64,000 nt of DNA. Source: an uncultured Candidatus Binatia bacterium (GTDB lineage: Bacteria > Desulfobacterota > Binatia > Bin18). Numbering within the stretch: position 1 is the first letter of the stretch; each line of letters starts with the position of its first letter. The stretch is taken from positions 3,136,001 to 3,200,000 of the forward strand of contig OZ241744.1 in the NCBI GenBank assembly GCA_965200965.1, in the 5' to 3' direction. Of the stretch, positions 10,779 through 21,048 are shown piece after piece. The notes beneath the pieces are model-generated. The model did not search any database, was not told the DNA's origin, and worked only from the letters and a program-made list of their open reading frames with translations. The position numbers and the translations under genes were made by a program.

Positions 10779-11756
10779 TCATGTGCTGGGTTCGGCCGGG
10801 TAATACACATAGGTCCGCTCCAGGGCTTCATGGAATAATCGGCACAAAGCCACGAATTGCTCGAAACGCTCTTCGTCTCGTCCGTCGACCGCCAGATTGG
10901 TTGCAGAACGGGACAGGGCCGCGTCCAGCCGTTCGGCAATAAGGTGTGGCTCTGCAGCAGGCCGGCCGCGGAGCCGTGGATCAATAATCTCCAGGCTGCC
11001 GCGGAGCTGGTCTACCGCAAAACGCAGCGAAGAGGGCAGCTCGGGGTCGTACACCAGAAAGTTCATCACCTCTTCGCCCCTGACCTGGGCCCCATGCACT
11101 TGGCAGTAGGCTTCAAAGGCATGACAACCCCCTAGCAGGCCGGCCCAGTCTGCCTCCTCGCCGGTCGAGTCCTCGAGCGCAGCGCAGTGCGCGCCGAGCA
11201 GAGAGCCGATGAGCTGGGCACGCTCCAGGAAGCGTCCGAGGCGCATGAAGTGCCAGCCGGTATCACGGCGCATTGAACTGGTGCATACGCCGTCAAAGAG
11301 TTGCACCGCCTCAACGATAGCCTGGTAGAGCCTGGCGGGTTCTGTGGCCCACACATCTACCAGAGCCAGGGACCGGAGGCGGAGGTATTCGCGGTTGAGG
11401 CTTGACCAGATTGCGTTGCTGATGGAGTCGCGGACCTGGCGGGCGTTCTCCCGGGCCGCGGTCAGACAGAACATAATAGAAACGGTGTTATCAAGCTCAA
11501 AGGTCAGATAGTCAGTCAGGGCGTAGCCGTCGGCAAAAAAGAACTCGTCCGCGTCCTCCGCGTCGCCATAGCTGTCCGCGCCCGGCGGACGGGTGTCAAT
11601 GCTGCGGAAGAGCCGTTGCCAGCCGGCGGCGATTTCTCGGGCCGGGCTGGAAGGCAGGCGCTCGAGTTGCAGCCTGAGGAGGCGGGCGGTGTGCTCAGTC
11701 CGCTCCAAATAGCGGTTCATCCAGTAGAAGGAATCGGCGACACGGGCAAGTATCAT
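10779..11756 (-). CDS. Alpha-E domain protein
   Basis: N-terminal LARVADSFYWMNRYLER, ARENAR, LGRFLERA (ER motifs), PSSLRF. Confidence 0.9.
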   Translation of the reverse strand: MILARVADSFYWMNRYLERTEHTARLLRLQLERLPSSPAREIAAGWQRLFRSIDTRPPGADSYGDAEDADEFFFADGYALTDYLTFELDNTVSIMFCLTAARENARQVRDSISNAIWSSLNREYLRLRSLALVDVWATEPARLYQAIVEAVQLFDGVCTSSMRRDTGWHFMRLGRFLERAQLIGSLLGAHCAALEDSTGEEADWAGLLGGCHAFEAYCQVHGAQVRGEEVMNFLVYDPELPSSLRFAVDQLRGSLEIIDPRLRGRPAAEPHLIAERLDAALSRSATNLAVDGRDEERFEQFVALCRLFHEALERTYVYYPAEPST

Positions 11757-13261
11757 AGATCGTCCTGTTCAATAACCCAGGCATCTTTGGAACCGCCGCC
11801 CTGGCTCGAATTGACCACCAAGCTGCCCTTGCGCAGGGCCACCCGGCATAACCCGCCCGGTACCAGTCGGGTGTCTACCCCGTGGAGTACAAAGGGTCTG
11901 AGGTCAACGTGACGCCCTTCGAGCCGCCCGTCAATCAGACACGGTGCCCGTGACAGGGCCAGGGTGGGCTGGGAGATGTAGGTGTCGGGCCGATCGCGGA
12001 GCCTGGCCGCAAACTCCTCACGCTCTGCCTGGCTGGCGTGCGGCCCGACCAGCATCCCATACCCGCCCGACTCGCCGACCGCCTTCACCACGAGTTGATC
12101 GAGGTGGTCCAGGGTGTAGGCTAACTCATCAGCTTCCCGGCACAGGTGGGTTTCTACATTGTCCAGGAGCGGTTCCTGGTCAAGGTAATAGCGGATCATG
12201 CGCGGCACATAGGCGTACACCGCCTTGTCGTCGGCCACCCCGGTGCCAGGCGCGTTGGCCAGGGCGAGGTTGCCGGCACGATAGACCTCAAACAGCCCGG
12301 GAACACCCAGGCAGGAATCCGGGCGAAAGACCTGTGGGTCAAGGAAATCGTCGTCAAGCCGCCGGTACAGCACATCCACCGACTGCAAGCCCTGGACGGT
12401 GCGCATGTACAACCGCTCACCCTGCACAATCAGATCATCGCCCCTGACCAGTTCAATTCCCATTTCCCGAGCCAGAAAAGCGTGTTCGTAGTAGGCCGAG
12501 TTATAGACCCCGGGCGTGAGCAGGGCGATAGTCGGCTCTTCTCCCGGCCGGGGCGTGAGGGAGCGCAAGACCGCCAGGAGTTCCTGGCCATAATGCTCAA
12601 CCGAGCGGACACGGTAGCGGCGGAAAAGACGCGGAAAGGCGCGCCGGATCGCATCTCGGCAGGCCAGCAGGTACGACACCCCGGACGGGACCCGGAGGTT
12701 GTCTTCCAGCACTTTGAAGCCTTCCTCGGTCCGTACAATGTCGCTGCCACACACCGACACATAGGCCCCAAGCGGAACCTGTACGCCCTCCATCTCGGGC
12801 CGGTAGTTGGGACAGCCGCGCACCAGATCGCGCGGCACAGTGCCGTCATTCAGGATGTGGCCGGGGCCGTAGACATCGGCCAGGAAGAGGTTCAGGGCTT
12901 CTACCCGCTGAATGAGACCGCGCTCCAGACCCTCCCACTCCTGGGCCAGCAGGAGACGGGGGACACAGTCAATGGGAAAAACCCGCTCAACCGATTCCTC
13001 GTCCCCGTACACCGTAAAGGTAATGCCTTCGTGGAGAAATGAGCGGGTCACCCGGTCCTGGAGCCGCTCCACCTCGTCCCGGGGCATCTCGCGCATGGCG
13101 TCAATAAGCATCCGGTAGTGGGCGCGCGGCCGGCTCTCAGACTCAAAGGTCTCATCAAAAAAGCGGCTGTCAATCTCGTAGCGCTCAAAGAACGCCCGCG
13201 CCGCGCTGTTGTCCTGGCTGCGATCCGACCCGTTGGAACTCATACTGCCTGGTATCGCCAT
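11753..13261 (-). CDS. Circularly permuted type 2 ATP-grasp protein
   Basis: GITFTVY, VLEDNLRVPSGVSY, LTPGVYNSAYYEH, YRRLDDDFLDP, NSSQGGGSKD. Confidence 0.92.
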   Translation of the reverse strand: MAIPGSMSSNGSDRSQDNSAARAFFERYEIDSRFFDETFESESRPRAHYRMLIDAMREMPRDEVERLQDRVTRSFLHEGITFTVYGDEESVERVFPIDCVPRLLLAQEWEGLERGLIQRVEALNLFLADVYGPGHILNDGTVPRDLVRGCPNYRPEMEGVQVPLGAYVSVCGSDIVRTEEGFKVLEDNLRVPSGVSYLLACRDAIRRAFPRLFRRYRVRSVEHYGQELLAVLRSLTPRPGEEPTIALLTPGVYNSAYYEHAFLAREMGIELVRGDDLIVQGERLYMRTVQGLQSVDVLYRRLDDDFLDPQVFRPDSCLGVPGLFEVYRAGNLALANAPGTGVADDKAVYAYVPRMIRYYLDQEPLLDNVETHLCREADELAYTLDHLDQLVVKAVGESGGYGMLVGPHASQAEREEFAARLRDRPDTYISQPTLALSRAPCLIDGRLEGRHVDLRPFVLHGVDTRLVPGGLCRVALRKGSLVVNSSQGGGSKDAWVIEQDDL

Positions 13262-13332
13262 TTTTTATCGGCCTGTCAAGGCTTGCACACCGCCACCAGA
13301 GACGACAACGCACCCGCGCCGGCCCATCGGTC

Positions 13333-14358
13333 TCAGTCCTCATCAAATTCCCGTACCAGCCACATACGCCCGTCCCGGGGCGCGGCCATTCTGGCCAGCC
13401 AACTGGCGCGAGCCGTCAGCTTTTTGCGGGATACAATGCCCCGGTCCGTGAGCAGAGATTTGAGGCCGGCCAGCCAGCACTCGTAATATGTCGGCCTGAC
13501 TGTCGGCTCCTGCCTTCCCGCGGCGGCGATATGGGCAATCAGCCGCGCCTGAAAATCCGCCCAGGCATAGTGTCCCCGCTCGCACAGGGCAACTGCCAGC
13601 GCAAAAGCAATGCCCTCCCACGGGTCCTGGAACAGCAGTTCACCGCTCTGCCGAGGCAGGGCGGCCTGTCCGGCCATATCGGCAACCCGACGTTGGGCGC
13701 TGCTTTCCCGAACCTTCGGATCAAGCCGCACCTCAGCCACGCCAATCATGGCGTCTCGCGTGACCAGCCCTGCCAGCTCGTCTTCGCCCAGATGCTCAGT
13801 TCCGGCCGGCCGTTGCGGAAGCGCCATATAGCGGGTCTGGGCACTGCTGTTCCAGACCAGGATTTCCCGCTCCGGACCGATCTCCACACCAAACTCGCTC
13901 AGCACCTCACGCGGCCGGCCACCGACCCGCGAGCGGTAGGCGTGGCTCTTGTACCAGAACGGCGGCAGACCCAAGACCGGCCAGGGATAGCACGAACACA
14001 AGACGCACACGACCACATTGTGAACCTGAGGGGTGTTTTCGACGACCATCAAATGCTCGCCCTGCAAGCCGCCAAACCCCAACTCGGCAATCGCCTCGGC
14101 CCCGTTTTGCAGCAGCCGTTCCTTATACGCCAGATCAACCCAGGCCCGAGCAACCACCTTGGCCCCGTTCAGGGGTCCAATATCATTCTCATACGCCTCC
14201 ACAACCGCATCCAGATCCCGGGGCGTCACAAGCCCATCTTCCTCCAGGACAGACCCTAGCGCCGTGGTCTGGATCTCACGCGCCTTGGTCTCCGCTCGAC
14301 TGAGCTGCCGTTGCGTATAGGCCGGTGCAGGGCCGTAGTGGCCGCGCTGATCGCTCAT
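13333..14358 (-). CDS. Nitrile hydratase alpha subunit fused in frame to a nitrile hydratase accessory (beta-N-terminal-like) domain
   Basis: [27 protein letters not shown] metal motif, VTRDAMIG; then [25 protein letters not shown]...YYECWL of the accessory family. Confidence 0.8.
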   Translation of the reverse strand: MSDQRGHYGPAPAYTQRQLSRAETKAREIQTTALGSVLEEDGLVTPRDLDAVVEAYENDIGPLNGAKVVARAWVDLAYKERLLQNGAEAIAELGFGGLQGEHLMVVENTPQVHNVVVCVLCSCYPWPVLGLPPFWYKSHAYRSRVGGRPREVLSEFGVEIGPEREILVWNSSAQTRYMALPQRPAGTEHLGEDELAGLVTRDAMIGVAEVRLDPKVRESSAQRRVADMAGQAALPRQSGELLFQDPWEGIAFALAVALCERGHYAWADFQARLIAHIAAAGRQEPTVRPTYYECWLAGLKSLLTDRGIVSRKKLTARASWLARMAAPRDGRMWLVREFDED

Positions 14359-14438
14359 GTCCAGTAGGCTAATGCCGACCGACCGGCCAGTCAAGCCGCA
14401 AGGCTCTCCCCCACCTTGACGTTCCCTCTGACCCGGCT

Positions 14439-14902
14439 TTGAATGCTCCCATAAGCCGATCCTTTCTCTGCTGCGTCCCGGCACTCCTCCTTATGCCCGG
14501 CCCCCCGTGGGTGGTGGAGGCGACCCCGGCCCTGACCGACCGGGAGATTGCAGAGCGGCTGACCCGGCTTGAAGAAGGGCAGCACGGGCTGCGGAAGACA
14601 TGGGCCAGTTGCGGGCCGACATGCAGCAACTGCGGGTAGACCTTGACCAGCAGTTTACCCGCCAGTCTCAACCGACCCTGGCAGTGTTGGCCGCCTTCAC
14701 AGCCCCCGTGGCGGCTATCATCGGCTTTGCGCTGTGAGGCCGGCGGACCATGATTCGCCCTTTTGAGCGGACGGTGCGCAGTCTCGCGGACCATATCGGC
14801 GGCAATCGGCGTTAGCTCGAAGCACTCCTCAACGCCTTCCGGGCCTCAGGTCAACGCACCCCGGAAGTCGCCGGGGTGCTGCGCCATTTTCACCTGTTGT
14901 AA
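14439..14902 (+). pseudogene. Frameshifted/stop-interrupted small coiled-coil + TM protein
   Basis: LTDREIAERLTRLEEGQ, frameshift to MGQLRADMQQLRVDLDQQF...AIIGFAL*GRRTMIRPFE...LRHFHLL*; internal stops. Confidence 0.55.
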
Positions 14903-15008
14903 GGCCCGCCGGCTGCGCCCGCTCGCAGCACTTCTCCCCGGACCTCCCGCATCTTGCTCTCGCTCCCGCTGACGCGATAAGCTACACCGGCAGAAGGAGG
15001 ATGCCGCT

Positions 15009-15881
15009 GTGCATGAGTTTGATTTCGCTGTCCCAGACACCTTACACCAGGCGCTTGAGTTGCTGAGCCGCGCCAATGACGAGGCACGCCCCCTGGCCGG
15101 GGGGACCGACCTGATCCCCCAGCTTAAAGAAAACCGCTGTCGCCCGAGTCTGGTTGTGGACATCAAAAACATTCCAGAACTCAAGGTGCTGGCCTACGAC
15201 GCCAACGGGCTGCGCATCGGTGCCGCGGTGTCGTGTACCCGTATCGCCGGCTTTGCCGCAGTCAGGCAACACTACCCGGCCCTGGCCGAGGCCTGCGGCC
15301 TGATTGGCTCGTACCAGATTCAGAACCGGGCCGCCCTGGGCGGCAATATCTGTAACGCCGCTCCGTCGGCCGATGCGGTGCCGCCGGTCCTGTCATACAG
15401 CGGCCGGCTGGTGATTGCCGGCCCGAACGGACAACACCGCGAGCTGGCGGCAGAGACATTTTTTACCGGCCCGGGGCAAACCGTTCTGAGCAAGGGCGAA
15501 GTGCTGCTTGAGATATATCTTCCGCCACCCCCGGCCAACTCGGGCGCGGCCTATCTGCGTTTTATCCCGCGCGAGGAAATGGATATTGCGGTGGCCGGGA
15601 TCGGATCGTTTGTTCAACTCAGTAGCGACGGCCAGCGCTGCCAGCAGGCTCGGATCACGCTCGCCTCGGTTGCGCCCACCCCGGTCCGTGCCACCGAAGC
15701 CGAAGCGTTTGTAGCCGGCAAGGTATTAGACGCGAGCGCCATCGCCGAGGCCGGCGAGTTGGCAGCCAAAGCGGCGCGGCCTATCTCGGATGTGCGCGCC
15801 TCGGCCGCCTATCGGCTTGAGCTGGTCAAGGTCCTGACCCGCCGGACCTTGCAGACCGCGCTGCAAAGAGCCACTGGCTAG
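15009..15881 (+). CDS. Molybdenum hydroxylase (xanthine dehydrogenase family) FAD-binding subunit
   Basis: LAGGTDL, IQNRAALGGNICNAAPSAD, PISDVRASAAYR. Confidence 0.92.
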   Translation: MHEFDFAVPDTLHQALELLSRANDEARPLAGGTDLIPQLKENRCRPSLVVDIKNIPELKVLAYDANGLRIGAAVSCTRIAGFAAVRQHYPALAEACGLIGSYQIQNRAALGGNICNAAPSADAVPPVLSYSGRLVIAGPNGQHRELAAETFFTGPGQTVLSKGEVLLEIYLPPPPANSGAAYLRFIPREEMDIAVAGIGSFVQLSSDGQRCQQARITLASVAPTPVRATEAEAFVAGKVLDASAIAEAGELAAKAARPISDVRASAAYRLELVKVLTRRTLQTALQRATG

Positions 15882-15894
15882 GAAGGAGACGCGA

Positions 15895-16371
15895 ATGAAA
15901 CGGGCCATAGACCTCACCGTCAACGGCGACCCCCACACCGCAATTATTGATGCACGCGAGACCTTGCTCGACAGCCTGCGCTATACCCTGAACTTCATGG
16001 GTCCCAAGGAGGGCTGCGGAAACGGAAACTGTGGAGCCTGCACCGTCATGCTGAACGGCCAACTGGTCAATGCCTGTCTGGTTCTGACCCTGGAGACAGA
16101 AGGGGCCGAGGTGCAGACAGTCGAAGGTGTGGCCGACGGAGACCAACTCCACCCGGTCCAGCGGGCCTTTATTGATAACGCCGGGCTGCAATGCGGGTTT
16201 TGTACGCCGGGTTTCATCATGTCGGCCAAGTCCCTCTTAGAGCGTAACCCGAATCCCAGCGAAGCCGAAATCCGTCTGGCGATTTCGGGCAACCTGTGCC
16301 GCTGTACCGGCTACGACAAAATCGTCAAGGCCATCCAGGCCGCATCCCAGGCTCTTTCACGCGCCGCCTGA
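15895..16371 (+). CDS. Molybdenum hydroxylase (2Fe-2S) subunit
   Basis: KEGCGNGNCGACTV, QCGFCTPG, GNLCRCTGY. Confidence 0.95.
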   Translation: MKRAIDLTVNGDPHTAIIDARETLLDSLRYTLNFMGPKEGCGNGNCGACTVMLNGQLVNACLVLTLETEGAEVQTVEGVADGDQLHPVQRAFIDNAGLQCGFCTPGFIMSAKSLLERNPNPSEAEIRLAISGNLCRCTGYDKIVKAIQAASQALSRAA

Positions 16372-16381
16372 GACAAGGAGA

Positions 16382-18673
16382 ATGTATATGGCAGAACATA
16401 CGGTTATTGGTACACGTCTGGCAAAGGTTGATGGTCCAGAGCGGGTGACCGGCAAGGCCACTTTTGGCGCAGACCTTCTCCTGCCCAATATGCTGTGGGC
16501 CAAGCTGGTCCGCAGCCCCTACAGCCACGCCCGGATTAAAAAGATCGATCCCAGCAAAGCCCTGGCCCTGCCCGGGGTCAAAGCCGTCATCTGTGCTGCC
16601 GACCTGCCGCCCCTGGCCAAGGGTACGACCGCGCCGCTGGTCGGCGAGGTGAGCATTGACATGAGTGCCATTCGGGAGCTGGTCATGGCCTCAGACAAGG
16701 CGCGCTATCACGGACAGGCTGTGGCCGCGGTGGCCGCCACCGATCCGTTCACGGCCGAGGAAGCCGCGGAGTTGGTTGAAGTTGAATACGAGGAACTGCC
16801 GGTGGTCGGCAATGTACTCCAGGCCATGCAGCCCGACGCCCCGCTGGTGCATGAAGACTTATACACCACCGAAGAGGCGACTCAGGAAAAGTCGGCCCAG
16901 CCGAGTAATATCGCCACCCATATGGTCTACACCCACGGCGACCCGGAAGCCGGTTTTCAACAGGCCGATGTCGTCCTGGAAAAGACCTATACCACCCAAA
17001 TGGTCCATCAGGGCTATATGGAACCCCAGGCGTGCGCGGCCCGGGTCGAACCCGACGGCAAGCTGACCGTCTGGACCTCGGCCCAGGGGCATTTTACCGT
17101 TCGCAACCAGCTCGTCGCCCTGCTTGCTCTGCCAGCCAGCCGTTTGAACGTCATTCCAATGGAAATCGGCGGCGGCTTTGGCGGCAAAGCCCTGGCCCTG
17201 TTCGAGCCAACAGTGGCCACCCTGGCCCAGAAAACCGGCCGGCCGGTCAAACTCGTGATCTCCCGAGAAGAAGTCCTGCGCGCAACCGGTCCGGGTTCGC
17301 CGGCGGTGATCACCGTCAAAGCCGGGGCCAGGAAGGACGGTACCCTGACCGCCGCCTCAGCCATCATGCGCTACGACGCCGGGGCGTTTCCCGGCTCGCC
17401 AGTCTCGCGCGGCCTGCTCGTTGGCCTCGCGCCCTACAGACTGGCCAACCTCCACGCCGAGGGCTATGACGTAGTCACCAACAAACCCCGGGTGGCCGCC
17501 TATCGGGCACCGGGCGGTACGCCGGCCGGGTTTGCCGTTGATTCCCTCATGGATGAGCTGGCCGAAGCCCTTACCATTGACCCGCTGGAGTTCCGCCGCC
17601 GTAACGCCGCGCAGGAGGGCGATATCCTGCCGCTAGGTATGCCGCTCAACCGCATCGGCCTCAGCCAGATGCTCGACCAGATCACCACCCACCCGTGCTG
17701 GACCGACCCCCTTGACGGTCCCAACCGGGGCCGGGGTCTGGCCTTAGGCTATTGGATCGGAGGGTCTTTTACGTCCAGCGCAGAAATCAAGATCAACCCC
17801 GATGCAACAGTGGCGATTTTTGTCGGGACCGTTGACCTGACAGGAACACGGACGACGATCAGCCAAATGGTGGCCGACGAACTCCAGCTTGACCCCGGTC
17901 AGGTCACTATCAAAGTCGGTGATACCGACAGCGCGCCCTACGCCGACCTCAGCGGCGGCAGCCGGATTACCTATACAATGAGCGTGGCCACCCATCAGGC
18001 CTGTCAGGATGTCCTCGGCCAGCTCAAAGCCCGGGCGGCCGAAAAACTCAAGGTCTCGACCAACGAGGTCGAGTACACCCAGACAAAACTGTGGGCCAGG
18101 AGCGACCCTCAGCAGGTGGTGACGCTGGAAGAGCTGGCCCGCGAGAGTGTTGCCTGGGGCAGCGGGCCGATCGTCGGCAAGGGCAGCACCACCCGCATGC
18201 AACCGGCCCACGCCTACGCCGCCCATGTTGCCGATGTGGAAGTCGATCCAGACACGGGCAAGGTCACAATCCTGCGCTACACCTGTTTCCAGGATGTCGG
18301 CAAAGCCATCAATCCGGCCCAGGTCGAAGGCCAGATTCAGGGCGGAGCGGTGCAGGGCATCGGCTGGGCGCTGAACGAGGAATATATCTTTGACAAGGGG
18401 GTGCTGGCCAACGCCAGCCTGCTCGACTATCGCTGCCCGGTTGCGCTTGATCTGCCAATGATCGAGGTCTCGCTGACCGAGGTCCCGGCCTCAGAAGGCC
18501 CCTACGGGCTGCGCGGGGTGGGCGAGGTGCCGATTGTGCCGCCCGCGGCCACCCTGGCCAACGCCATCTATCGGGCGACTGGAACGCGCTTGCAGGAACT
18601 CCCGATGAACCCGGAGCGCATATTCTGGGCGCTGCACAAGAAAGACGCCCAGCCGCTGGCCGCCGCGGACTGA
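16382..18673 (+). CDS. Molybdenum hydroxylase molybdopterin-binding large subunit
   Basis: VRSPYSHARI, IGGGFGGK, AYRAPG, VEGQIQGGAVQGIG, GVGE. Confidence 0.93.
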   Translation: MYMAEHTVIGTRLAKVDGPERVTGKATFGADLLLPNMLWAKLVRSPYSHARIKKIDPSKALALPGVKAVICAADLPPLAKGTTAPLVGEVSIDMSAIRELVMASDKARYHGQAVAAVAATDPFTAEEAAELVEVEYEELPVVGNVLQAMQPDAPLVHEDLYTTEEATQEKSAQPSNIATHMVYTHGDPEAGFQQADVVLEKTYTTQMVHQGYMEPQACAARVEPDGKLTVWTSAQGHFTVRNQLVALLALPASRLNVIPMEIGGGFGGKALALFEPTVATLAQKTGRPVKLVISREEVLRATGPGSPAVITVKAGARKDGTLTAASAIMRYDAGAFPGSPVSRGLLVGLAPYRLANLHAEGYDVVTNKPRVAAYRAPGGTPAGFAVDSLMDELAEALTIDPLEFRRRNAAQEGDILPLGMPLNRIGLSQMLDQITTHPCWTDPLDGPNRGRGLALGYWIGGSFTSSAEIKINPDATVAIFVGTVDLTGTRTTISQMVADELQLDPGQVTIKVGDTDSAPYADLSGGSRITYTMSVATHQACQDVLGQLKARAAEKLKVSTNEVEYTQTKLWARSDPQQVVTLEELARESVAWGSGPIVGKGSTTRMQPAHAYAAHVADVEVDPDTGKVTILRYTCFQDVGKAINPAQVEGQIQGGAVQGIGWALNEEYIFDKGVLANASLLDYRCPVALDLPMIEVSLTEVPASEGPYGLRGVGEVPIVPPAATLANAIYRATGTRLQELPMNPERIFWALHKKDAQPLAAAD

Positions 18674-18683
18674 GGACCACGCC

Positions 18684-19976
18684 ATGCCATCAGACCCCTT
18701 GAGCCGGCGCTGGTCGCCAGACGCGCTTGACGATCTGGCCCACAAAGTCGGCACCCCCTTCCTGCTGTATGATGCCGCGGTCATCCGCCGCAAGATCGCC
18801 GCTATCAAAGACATAACGGCCGGCCCAGGTCTCCAGGCCCGCTTTGCCATGAAAGCCTGCTCCGGCCACCAGGTCTTGCACGCCATGCGGCAGAATGGCA
18901 TCTGGATCGACGCGGTGTCGGGCAATGAGGTCTTGCGAGCGCGGAAAGCCGGTTTTCCGCCCGGCCAGCAGCCACCCACAATTCTCTACACCTCGGACGT
19001 GTTCCGTGATAACGCCCTTGAGGTCATTGTGGCCGAGAACATCCTGCCCAATGTCGGCACCCCGTCCATGCTCGAGGCCCTGGCCCGGGCCGGCTATCGG
19101 GGCGCGATTGGCCTGCGCCTGAATCCCGGCTTCGGTCACGGCCATGTCCAGGCCTGCGATACCGGCGGCCCCAGCTCAAAACACGGGCTGTGGTACGAAG
19201 ATATTGACGCGCTCAAAAACGCGCTTGAGACCGCCGGCCTCACCGTCAGCCTGCTGCACGCCCATATTGGAACCGGCCCCGAGATCGCCGAGTTTCAAGC
19301 CAATATGCGCCGCCTCGTCAATTTTTTTAGCGCTCGCCTGCCGCTCTTTCCCCAGGTCGAGGCGATCAACTTCGGGGGGGGGATTCCCCACCCGTACAAG
19401 CCCGGGGCGGCCAGTATTGACCTCGACGCCTGCGGAGCGGTGTTCCACCACGCCCAACAGGCGTTTCAAGAGGCGGCCGGCCGCGCCATCCGGGTCGAGA
19501 TTGAACCGGGCCGTTTTTTTGTCGCTGACGGGGCATCTCTCATCACCCGGGTCCACGGCTTGAAATCGACCCGGACCAACGAGAAAGGCCCGGGCCAGAG
19601 GTTTGTGATGGTGGACGCCGGCTTCTGCGACCTGCTCCGCCCGGCCATGTACGGTGCCTACCACCATATCGAAGTCGTCGGCAGAGCCGGCCAGCCTCAG
19701 GAAGACCTGATCGTCGCCGGCCCCATGTGCGAGTCGGGCGACGTATTTACCCGCGATGCCGACGAGATGCTCGACCCCCGCCCCCTGCCGGTCCCGGAGG
19801 TCGGCGACCTGCTCGCCATCCACGACGCCGGTGCCTATGGCGAGACCATGAGTTCCAACTACAATTCGCTCGGCCGCGTACCCCAGGTGTGGTGCGACGA
19901 CAGCGGGGCCTACCTCGTGTCTCGCCGTCAGACGCTGGACGACATTATTCGGACCGAGTGTTTTGAGAAGTTGTGA
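18684..19976 (+). CDS. lysA: Diaminopimelate decarboxylase
   Basis: FAMKA (PLP lysine), DAVSGNE, SKHG, HAHIG, EPGR, GPMCESGDVF, GAYG..MSSNYNS. Confidence 0.9.
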   Translation: MPSDPLSRRWSPDALDDLAHKVGTPFLLYDAAVIRRKIAAIKDITAGPGLQARFAMKACSGHQVLHAMRQNGIWIDAVSGNEVLRARKAGFPPGQQPPTILYTSDVFRDNALEVIVAENILPNVGTPSMLEALARAGYRGAIGLRLNPGFGHGHVQACDTGGPSSKHGLWYEDIDALKNALETAGLTVSLLHAHIGTGPEIAEFQANMRRLVNFFSARLPLFPQVEAINFGGGIPHPYKPGAASIDLDACGAVFHHAQQAFQEAAGRAIRVEIEPGRFFVADGASLITRVHGLKSTRTNEKGPGQRFVMVDAGFCDLLRPAMYGAYHHIEVVGRAGQPQEDLIVAGPMCESGDVFTRDADEMLDPRPLPVPEVGDLLAIHDAGAYGETMSSNYNSLGRVPQVWCDDSGAYLVSRRQTLDDIIRTECFEKL

Positions 19977-20757
19977 CGCGCGTACCAATGTGGCCTTGCT
20001 GTGCCTCACCGCCCTGTGCTTGGTCCTGTGCCTGCTCGCCGGCGGCCCAGACGCGGCCGCCGGCACGCCCCAAACCGTCTTTTTCCAGGCCAACGCCTTA
20101 TACAGCCAGGGGCAGTACGCCGAGGCCGCCCGGGCTTATGAACAGATCCTGGCCGCCGGCCATCGCAGCGGCAACCTGTATTTCAATCTGGGCAACGCCT
20201 ATTTCAAAAATGGCCGGCTCGGCAGCTCGATTCTGAACTACGAACGGGCACGCCGCATCGTGCCCGGCGACACCGATGTCGAGGCCAACCTGGCCCATGC
20301 CCGGTCTGTCGCCGGGGTAGACGGCTGCCCACCCCGGCTGTGGCACACCCTGGCCTTTCCCCTCACCCACCGCTTGTCCACCAACGGCTTGGTGTGGACG
20401 GCGAGTGCCGCCTACAGCCTGGCCCTGGTGGCCTGTGCCGGCTATCTGCTGTGGCCCCGTCGGCCGTGCTGGCTGGCGGCCGCGGCCCTGCTGGCCGGCG
20501 GACTGTTCGTGGTGGCCGGCGTGTCGCTGGCACGCCAGATTTTTCTCAACGACTGGCAGCGGCCGGCGGTCGTGCTGACCGACGGGAAGACGCCGGCCCG
20601 TTTTGCGCCAGCCGAAACCGGCACCGAACACTTTGTCCTCACACAGGGCGCACTCGTCCGCCTGCTCGTCAGCCGCCCGGGCTGGCATCAGATTGCCCGC
20701 TGCGACGGCAAGCGCGGCTGGGTGGCTGAACACCACCTGGAACGCCTGTGGAAGTAG
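19963..20757 (+). CDS. BatE-like TPR / TM / SH3 protein
   Basis: Signal peptide, FFQANALY, LYFNLGNAYFK..LGSSILNYERA, two TMs, C-terminal GWV SH3-like segment. Confidence 0.75.
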   Translation: MRSCDARTNVALLCLTALCLVLCLLAGGPDAAAGTPQTVFFQANALYSQGQYAEAARAYEQILAAGHRSGNLYFNLGNAYFKNGRLGSSILNYERARRIVPGDTDVEANLAHARSVAGVDGCPPRLWHTLAFPLTHRLSTNGLVWTASAAYSLALVACAGYLLWPRRPCWLAAAALLAGGLFVVAGVSLARQIFLNDWQRPAVVLTDGKTPARFAPAETGTEHFVLTQGALVRLLVSRPGWHQIARCDGKRGWVAEHHLERLWK

Positions 20758-20775
20758 CGCATCGGGCAAACCAGC
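20748..20775 (+). repeat. 28-bp direct repeat, copy 1
   Basis: GTGGAAGTAGCGCATCGGGCAAACCAGC, identical at 21718-21745; includes the stop codon of the BatE-like gene. Confidence 0.95.
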
Positions 20776-21048
20776 AATGCTCTTAAGGATTACGCGCCCT
20801 CCAGGAAGAAGGTATCTGCCAACGCTTCTACCTCGTCTCGCAGGACCCGGTTGAGCGGCTGGCAGACGGGACCACGCGGTTCATTGGCGGACCTTTCTGA
20901 GTCGTGTATGGGCGGGGCAGCCGTAAGCGCCACCTTCCTTCGCTGCCTTCGCGTTTATTGAAAGAGAAGCGAAATTTTTCAGATTTAAGGTCAGAACGCT
21001 TGACATTCTGGCCTAACTCTGGATATTCACTTCGCCAGGTATACAAGC

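Noticed and set aside
13333-14358. NHLP-type RiPP precursor
   Set aside because: The full alpha domain with its Cys metal loop is retained, and there is no Gly-Gly core peptide, YcaO or peptidase transporter
15009-18673. Calling the trio aerobic CO dehydrogenase (coxMSL)
   Set aside because: The large subunit lacks the AYxCSFR motif and no cox accessory genes are nearby
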